A stretch of DNA of 64,000 nucleotides, taken from NCBI GenBank assembly GCA_031362565.1, contig JANLSU010000119.1:9970-73969 (forward strand). Direction: 5' to 3'. Of the stretch, positions 58,901 through 64,000 are shown one piece after another. Position 1 is the first letter of the stretch. Every line of letters begins with the position of its first letter. The notes beneath the pieces were generated by a model. That model was not told the DNA's origin. It did no database searches and was given only the letters and a program-made list of their open reading frames with translations. Source of the DNA: a bacterium (lineage in GTDB: Bacteria; Krumholzibacteriota; Krumholzibacteriia; G020349025). The position numbers and the translations under genes are program-made.

Positions 58901-61035
58901 TCCTCGAGCCGGCGGGATTCGACCTTCCTGCCGGCCGGGCCTGCGGACTTCGGCACTCGCCCCGGCCCGCGCTTGGGAGCACTGAGGACACCACGGCCGG
59001 CCTCTTCCGCCTCCTGGAATAGAATCAAGAAACAGCGTTCTCGGAGGTTCTTCAGTGGAATCACTTCGATATGAGTTGCCCGCGTCTCTCCATGTCGTTT
59101 CACCCGGACGTTTTCTTGGCGCGCGGTCTTGTTTTCCCTTTTCGCCTTGTTGATGGCGCTGCGCAACGGCAACATCAACCCCTCGCGCGCCATCTTCAGC
59201 ACATCGAAACTCGCCTTACCGGTGGGCGGCTCGAGATACGCATCGGTCGCGCCGCGGAATTGTAGAATTTGCAGTTCGGAGTTGATGAGCACTCCGGCCG
59301 GCGCGAATTGATTGACGGTGACCCGGTCGGCTTCCCGCTCGGCGGTGAGTTCGCTGCGATAGCCGGCCGGGGCTTCGACGGGGGCGCCTTCCGGTGGAAA
59401 AAGCCCGTGGGGCTGTGACCGGCCGGGCACGGGACGCTCGTCGCGTCCCTCCTTCGCCGGCAGGTGAAGCGCCGGGGTCTGCGTCGGTTTCCGAGAATAG
59501 ATCTTATGCTTCTTGTCGACCGGCTCGAACAGCGCGGTGAACCCGCCGATGGATTCCGACGCACCCAGGAATAGGAAGCCCCCCATCTTGAGCGCATAGT
59601 GGAAAACGGGGAAGGCCCGCTTCTGCAAACTCGCGTCGAGATAGATCAGCAAATTCCGGCAACTGATGAGATTGATGCGCGAAAACGGCGGGTCGCTGAT
59701 GAGATTCTGACGCGCAAAGACCACCATCTCGCGCAGTGGCTTCACGACCCGGTAGCCGCCCTCTTCCTCGACAAAGAACCGCCGCAAGCGTTCCGGCGAT
59801 ACCTCTTGCGCGATGCTCTTGGGGTAAAGGGCGTGGCGGGCTTTGTCCAATAGCGCGTCGTTGAGGTCGGTGGCAAACACCTGGAGCCGTCGCTTGCGGG
59901 AACTCTTTTCCCCGGCTTCCACGAACACCATGGCCATCGAATACGCCTCCTGCCCGGTCGAGCAGCCAAGCACCCAGATGCGCAGCGGATCGTCGCCGCG
60001 CTGTTGGAGAAGCTTTGGAAAAACCTTGCGCTTCAAGACGTCGAACGCTTCCGGGTTGCGGAAAAAACTCGTCACACCGATGAGCACATCGGAGTAGAGG
60101 GCATCGAGTTCCTTGGAATTGTCCCCGAGGAAATCGGCGTAGTCCTCCACAGAGTTCGATTTGTTCAACACCACGCGCCGGGTGATGCGCCGCCGGATGG
60201 TGGAGGACTTGTAGAGCGAGAAATCGACGCGACGGTGGTTGCGCAGGAGAAGCAGGACTTTCTTGAATCCGCTCTCCGCGTCCCGCTCGTCCGGGGCGGG
60301 CTCGGGTTGGGCACGTGGGGCCGAGGGGTCGGCCGGGTGCGCAACCACATAGGGGTGCTTTGCAATGCGCGCCAGTTCGATCGCAATGCTTTGCGGCGAG
60401 AGAACGAAATCGACGCACCCTGCCGCCACCGCGCTGCGCGGCATCGAGTCGTACCGGGCCGACTCGTCCTGCGCGAACGTAATGCCGCCCTCGGCTTTGA
60501 TTGCTTCCAGGCCCAGCGTGCCATCGGTCGCGGTGCCGGACAGGATCACGCCGATCGCCCGGTCGCGCTGGTCGAGCGCCAGGGCCTCGAAAAATGCATC
60601 GATCGACCGATGCGGCGTTCGCGCCGCCTTCCGCGGCAGAAGCTTCAGAACACTCTGCGCGATGCCCAGGCTCGCATTCGGGGGAATGACGTAGATGTGG
60701 TTGGCCTCCACCCGCAGATTGTTCGTGACCTCACGCACCGGCATCGAAGTGGCTCGCGCCAGAAGCTGCGTGAGGGCGCTTTCATGCATCGGGTCGAGAT
60801 GCTGCACAAGCACGAAGCCCATGCCGGTGTCGGTCGGCAAATGCTTGAGCAGTTCGGTGAACGCCTCGAGCCCGCCGGCCGAGGCACCGACACCGACGAT
60901 CAGCAGCGAATGTGACTCTCGCTTTGGGGCCCGGGCAGGCACGGCACGCGTCTTCGGTTCACGTCGAGGGGCTCGACGTGACCCTCGCGGCGCCGGAGTC
61001 GCCCGGACGGGGACTCTTTTGGTTTTGATCACCAT
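55987..61035 (-). CDS. 1682-aa hybrid signalling protein: CheB methylesterase, CheR methyltransferase, coiled coil, multiple PAS, HisKA/HATPase, receiver
   Basis: - CheB: LLIVGVGASAGGLEAF...VLVQHLDP...IYVIPPN.
- CheR: RIWVLGCSTGQEAYSMAMV...ISCRNLLIYL.
- NEEL heptad coiled coil.
- PAS blocks.
- H-box: LAVLSHELRTPLNAIRGW.
- G-boxes: DTGAGI, GGLGLGLAIAKQLVELHGG.
- REC: VLVVDNDMD...VSDIGMPERDGYDL...ALTAFA...HLAKP. Confidence 0.95.
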   Translation of the reverse strand: MVIKTKRVPVRATPAPRGSRRAPRREPKTRAVPARAPKRESHSLLIVGVGASAGGLEAFTELLKHLPTDTGMGFVLVQHLDPMHESALTQLLARATSMPVREVTNNLRVEANHIYVIPPNASLGIAQSVLKLLPRKAARTPHRSIDAFFEALALDQRDRAIGVILSGTATDGTLGLEAIKAEGGITFAQDESARYDSMPRSAVAAGCVDFVLSPQSIAIELARIAKHPYVVAHPADPSAPRAQPEPAPDERDAESGFKKVLLLLRNHRRVDFSLYKSSTIRRRITRRVVLNKSNSVEDYADFLGDNSKELDALYSDVLIGVTSFFRNPEAFDVLKRKVFPKLLQQRGDDPLRIWVLGCSTGQEAYSMAMVFVEAGEKSSRKRRLQVFATDLNDALLDKARHALYPKSIAQEVSPERLRRFFVEEEGGYRVVKPLREMVVFARQNLISDPPFSRINLISCRNLLIYLDASLQKRAFPVFHYALKMGGFLFLGASESIGGFTALFEPVDKKHKIYSRKPTQTPALHLPAKEGRDERPVPGRSQPHGLFPPEGAPVEAPAGYRSELTAEREADRVTVNQFAPAGVLINSELQILQFRGATDAYLEPPTGKASFDVLKMAREGLMLPLRSAINKAKRENKTARQENVRVKRHGETRATHIEVIPLKNLRERCFLILFQEAEEAGRGVLSAPKRGPGRVPKSAGPAGRKVESRRLEDLEADLAEMRDFVQAIQEQHEAVNEELQASNEEVQSANEELQSTNEELETSKEELESANEELTTVNEEMAGRNTELSLLNSDLVNLQTSTRLAIVLLGRDLTIRRFSTEAAKLFNLLAVDVGRPIGSVRHNLVFEARRQKTAATLGALAAGVIDTVREDEHEVSDGDGRWFSLRVRPYFTLDNKVDGAVLVLVDITDLKRSGQAVAAARDYAEAIVRTARDPLLILSVDLRVHTANEAFYKTFKVSPAEAEGKLIYEIGNRQWDIPKLRELLENILPMESVFNNVEVTHDFVGLGRRTMLLNARRLSDPSGQPARILLGIEDVTEKLQFQVAVRESAEKFKLLFDRSPLPKWAFELETLRFVDANEAAVEHYGYSHEAFLRMNILDVYTPETGAALRAALTGPSHCPPELELCQHRKKSGEVIDVEVRGSEITLAGKRVWLVSIIDITEHKRAEEALHQSEVRFRELADAMPQIVWAARPDGRIDYFNQRWYEYTGFAESYEQEVWEAILHPDDVQRRLDSYFGCVRTGEPYHIEYRFKDRVRGGYRWFMGRALPIKNEAGEILRWFGTCVDIDNQKRLQEELSKRVEELAAIDRGRTDFLAVLSHELRTPLNAIRGWTQLLQRPDVSAEDLRQGLAVIDRNGRMQSDLIGDLLDVNRLTSGKIQLDVVELDLGAVINATIEGVLPDATAKGIGIIRDIEPATAAVVSGDGNRLQQVFGNLLANAIKFTPRQGEIRLALRCIDTRVEVTVSDTGAGINPEALPYLFERFRQADPLTSRGHGGLGLGLAIAKQLVELHGGRLAAQSAGKGQGATFTVTLPLRAIGAPKTLSEQVADATMVSLGGVVVLVVDNDMDAREPLRRVLEGAGAEVITAGSADEAMEIMQQQRPEVLVSDIGMPERDGYDLVRSIRALPPGRGGLIPIIALTAFASPGDRTRALRAGFDLHLAKPVEPAELLLAVESLARGRSRPLA
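58700..58835. repeat. 21-bp periodic DNA repeat encoding the N-E-E-L/V-Q-S-x heptad coiled coil of the hybrid kinase
   Basis: Protein: NEELQASNEEVQSANEELQSTNEELETSKEELESANEELTTVNEEM. The plus strand shows recurring ctcttcgtt / ctcctcgtt units at 21-nt spacing. Confidence 0.6.
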
Positions 61036-61479
61036 TTGACCTTCGACAGTAGCCGTTTACCCCGCCCAAGACAATGCACAGCGCAGGGCTTGAGCCCGTG
61101 GAACCGCTGTGGGATCAGCTTGCGCTCACCGCCAGCCGCGCGTTTGGATCGTGCCACACCATTGGAGCCCGCAACGCCATGCGCCGCACCCCGCACGAAA
61201 CCTCGCGCCGCGGGCTCGCCGGCTTCCGAAGCACGTTGACCGGGCTCGCGACCGTCCTCTTGAGCACAACCTTCGCTGCCGCGCACGGCGTCGGCTCGTG
61301 AGGCCGGTTGGAATCATTTGCGGACCCATGAAGCGACATTACGCAGCGTTCTTCTGCACGACCTCGGGTTGGCGTCGAACGGCGATTCGTGTGCCGTCGA
61401 GATCGCGTCCGTGCCCATGGCGTGGGAAGCCGCGCAAGGCGTGGTGCTCCGCTTCACCATTCTCGGTGCAGAACAGCGG

Positions 61480-62022
61480 TCAGGGGGAGCCGGGCGTGGG
61501 AGTCTCGGAGTCCGAGGTGCCGGACGTTGCCACCGGCGGCGCCGCCGCTTTGGCATCGCCATGACCCACCGTCAACGCGAAGGCCAAGGTGCCGATTACG
61601 ACGCACATGTCCGCGACGTTGAACACCGGCCATTTCATGAAGCCCAGGTCGTACGGGCCGATGAAGTCGACCACGCCGCGGGTACTCGACACGCGGTCCA
61701 GGAGATTCCCGAGCGCTCCCGCGAACATGAGCGACAGGGCCACCTGGCGCAACCGTTCCGCGGCCGCGGTACCGCGATACAACATCACCACGACCGGAAG
61801 GACCGCGACCGCCACGATGGCGAACACGATGCGCGACGCACCGCCGACGTTCAGGCCGAAAGCAATGCCGCGATTGTAACCCAGCGTCAACGGCAACCAG
61901 GCGCCCCACGGGTGCACCGTGGCGCCGGGCGGCAAATTCGCCGCCGCCCAGCGCTTCGCGAGCACATCCGCCACCACGGCCGTCAGCGCGATGCCGAAGA
62001 ACACCCACCACTTGCGCTGCAT
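61480..62022 (-). CDS. lspA: Lipoprotein signal peptidase II
   Basis: LTLGYNRGIAFG, GALGNLLDR and WPVFNVADMCVVIG are LspA hallmarks, including the two catalytic Asp contexts. It carries an unusual Ala/Pro/Ser/Thr-rich C-terminal tail. Confidence 0.9.
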   Translation of the reverse strand: MQRKWWVFFGIALTAVVADVLAKRWAAANLPPGATVHPWGAWLPLTLGYNRGIAFGLNVGGASRIVFAIVAVAVLPVVVMLYRGTAAAERLRQVALSLMFAGALGNLLDRVSSTRGVVDFIGPYDLGFMKWPVFNVADMCVVIGTLAFALTVGHGDAKAAAPPVATSGTSDSETPTPGSP

Positions 62023-62783
62023 CAGTTGCCCTGCATGAGTTTAATCTGCGCTTCCAGGACCTGCTTGCGGCGCTTCGCGAAGTCCACTTCCTTGGCGGCC
62101 AGATCCTTCTTGCGGTTCGCGGCATCGATTTCGGCGTCGAGCGTGCGCCGCTCCATGTCGGCGGCCTCGCGATCGGCGCGCGCCATGGCGGCAATCACTT
62201 CCGCTGTCAGCGACCGCGTCATGAAGTCCCGGCGCTGATCGCGCTTGCCGGCGAGTGCGAGTTCCAGGTCGTAGACCTTGGAGCTGGCGTCCGCGAAAGC
62301 ACGTGATGCTTCCGCCAACTCGATCTCCTTGGAGCGCAGCGCTTCACGCCGCTGGAGCAGGTCCTTTTCCAATTGTGCGAGCCGCTTCCGGCTTTCCCAT
62401 TCTCTCTTCTGGACCTCGTCTTTTTCTTTTTTCGCCAAGTCGAGACTCGCGTCGATCGTCTGCAGCTGCGACTCTTTGAGTTTGATCTCGGTCTCGGCGC
62501 GTACCTGCATCATCTTGGCGTTGGTGATATCGGCTACCGCCATGATCTGGCGGGTTTTCTGGGTTTCCAAGTCGCGGCGAATGTCGTCCGAGGGACGCAT
62601 CGGCACGAGGACGAGCAGGCTGTCCGTCATGCTCATTGCCGGCCTCAGGTTCGGAACGGGCGCGCTCACCGCCGCGGCGGGTGCGTCTGGAGCCGTCGGC
62701 GTCGACTGCGCGGCGGCCGGGCGCGCGAACGCGAACAGGGCCGCTCCAAGCACGGTGACGCTCCGAATGGCGAACGTACGCAT
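62022..62783 (-). CDS. Secreted coiled-coil protein, hypothetical
   Basis: Start reset to ATG at 62783 (GGAGG upstream; signal MRTFAIRSVTVLGAALFAFARPAAAQ). A long K/E/R/L-rich heptad region follows. The stop overlaps the lspA start by 1 nt. Confidence 0.65.
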   Translation of the reverse strand: MRTFAIRSVTVLGAALFAFARPAAAQSTPTAPDAPAAAVSAPVPNLRPAMSMTDSLLVLVPMRPSDDIRRDLETQKTRQIMAVADITNAKMMQVRAETEIKLKESQLQTIDASLDLAKKEKDEVQKREWESRKRLAQLEKDLLQRREALRSKEIELAEASRAFADASSKVYDLELALAGKRDQRRDFMTRSLTAEVIAAMARADREAADMERRTLDAEIDAANRKKDLAAKEVDFAKRRKQVLEAQIKLMQGN

Positions 62784-62933
62784 GGTCTGAACCTCCGTCG
62801 AATACATCGCGCTGCCCAAAGCACCAAGCGGGTGCGCGCCAGAGTACCAGACGGCCGGACCTGTCGTATACTCGCGCCCAGAGCGGCTTTGCCGCTTGAA
62901 CTGACTTCGGGCCGTCGTTCCCAATGGAGCCGC

Positions 62934-64000
62934 ATGTCGAGACCGGCCGTACCCGCGCCATCCGAATCGCCGTCGAAGCGCTTCGAGATCGAGGCCAAGT
63001 ACGCCATCCCGGACGACCGCACCTTCGAACGCCTGCGCACCTTGGAATCCCTCGCCGCCTACACCTTCCATTTTCAAGTGCAACAGGACATCGACGATGT
63101 CTATCTCGACACCGCCGGGCGAGAGCTGTTGCGGGCCGGTTGGGCCTGCCGCGTCCGCAGTGGGATGGCCCCCGGCCGTCAGGTCGTGACGTTGAAGGGA
63201 CTCGGGCGGTCGCGTGGCGCGATCCATCGCCGCGAAGAAAACGAGGTCGAGATCACCGCCGGTCTGCCGCCTGGCGAGTGGCCGGCGGGTCCGGTGCACG
63301 ACACGGTCCTCACTCTGACGCAAGGCGCGGCGCTCGAAACTCTTTTGGAACTGCATCAAGTCCGAATCTTGCACGATGTGCGCCGCGATGGGCGGGTCGC
63401 AGCAGTACGCTTTCTCGACCGCGTCGCGGTGACGGCAGGCGACCGCCAACTGACGACGCTCGAGATGGAGATCGAACTCGCGGCCGACGGCAACTTGGCC
63501 GATCTCTGGGAATTGGAACGCCTGCTGCGACGCTTCCGGCTCCAAGCCGAGTCGCGCTCGAAGCTCGAACGCGCGCTTGCTTGGGTGGAGTCGACGCACG
63601 CGGCCGGTAGCACGGTGCCGATCCCGCCGGTTGCCGCTCCTGCCGCGGCCGCGGAACCAGCCCCGGCCAAGCGTAAAACCGCGACGCCGTCGCAACAACG
63701 CGTGGCGCCGCCGGAGCCCAAGCGCGCTGCACCGGCACCGGCCGCGCCCGAGCGCGCGCCGAAGAAGCGTCGCAAGGGCCCCGCGGTCCGTGCCGATGAA
63801 CCCCTCGCCGAAGCCGGGCGCACCATCCTGGCGTTTCACTGCGAACGCATGCTGGCGCACGAAGAGGGCACGCGCGCCGGTGCCGATCTCGAGGAATTGC
63901 ACGATATGCGGGTTGCGACCCGCCGCCAGCGTGCGGCGCTGCGCATCGTCGAGCCCTATTTCCGGCGCAAGGCAATCGACCCGGTGCGCAATGGACTGCG
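62934..64000 (+). CDS. CYTH (triphosphate tunnel metalloenzyme) plus CHAD domain protein, 3' end outside window
   Basis: Not in the ORF track because it has no stop in the window. ATG at 62934. RFEIEAKY (ExExK), then LTTLEMEIEL, an Ala/Pro/Lys linker, then the CHAD start EELHDMRVATRRQRAALRIVEPYF. The frame stays open to nt 64000. Confidence 0.85.
   Translation, partial: MSRPAVPAPSESPSKRFEIEAKYAIPDDRTFERLRTLESLAAYTFHFQVQQDIDDVYLDTAGRELLRAGWACRVRSGMAPGRQVVTLKGLGRSRGAIHRREENEVEITAGLPPGEWPAGPVHDTVLTLTQGAALETLLELHQVRILHDVRRDGRVAAVRFLDRVAVTAGDRQLTTLEMEIELAADGNLADLWELERLLRRFRLQAESRSKLERALAWVESTHAAGSTVPIPPVAAPAAAAEPAPAKRKTATPSQQRVAPPEPKRAAPAPAAPERAPKKRRKGPAVRADEPLAEAGRTILAFHCERMLAHEEGTRAGADLEELHDMRVATRRQRAALRIVEPYFRRKAIDPVRNGL

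Noticed and set aside
1-64000. CRISPR arrays, rRNA/tRNA genes, insertion sequences, integrases and prophage genes.
   Set aside because: No regularly spaced direct repeats, no rRNA/tRNA-like conserved stretches and no transposase, integrase, capsid or terminase motifs were seen in any frame. The only tandem repeats are the short coding ones reported above.

Overview
High-GC (by eye about two-thirds G+C), densely coding bacterial chromosomal fragment. I can support about 50 protein genes. I recognised no rRNA, tRNA, CRISPR array, transposase or integrase. All calls come from reading motifs in the supplied translations and the DNA; no search was run, so family names are hypotheses to confirm by HMM or BLAST. 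Many long ORFs in the track are Arg/Ala/Pro/Gly-rich shadow ORFs of the real genes and were ignored. Several real genes start well inside their maximal ORF; starts were re-picked using signal peptides, SD sequences and neighbour overlaps.

Content, left to right:
- (1-7.5 kb) The 3' end of a kinase-like sensor gene coupled to an exported caspase (C14)-DUF4384 protein. A dockerin-like lipoprotein plus an exported WD40-caspase protein converge on them.
- (7.8-16 kb) A ferritin-like gene, a large secreted phosphoesterase, a TonB-dependent receptor, and a YjbQ plus NitT/TauT-type ABC operon.
- (16-20 kb) A secreted hypothetical, then a PA2779-like small protein coupled to a C39-like peptidase-TPR-POTRA-Omp85 fusion.
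- (20-20.8 kb) Small membrane proteins plus an XRE regulator.
- (21-33 kb) A run of secreted proteins carrying either a FlgD-Ig/T9SS-like C-terminal domain (4 proteins in the window) or a shared W-x-x-V-K-x-L-Y-R C-terminus (3 proteins in the window).
- (33-37 kb) Miscellaneous housekeeping and DUF genes, then a truncated Fic remnant.
- (38.2-46.2 kb) The most interesting part: a co-directional cassette of ECF sigma, Ser/Thr kinase, exported TPR-CHAT protease, a 131-aa K/P-rich protein, a radical SAM (twitch/SPASM-like) enzyme and a TIR-like (DUF1863/ThsB-like) protein.
- (46-64 kb) xylFGH, a divergent GH92 mannosidase, small genes, a 1682-aa CheB-CheR-PAS-histidine kinase-receiver protein, lspA, a coiled-coil protein and a partial CYTH-CHAD gene.

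Lineage guess (weak): an uncultured FCB-group-like or Gemmatimonadota/Eisenbacteria-like organism, based on high GC plus abundant FlgD-Ig tails.
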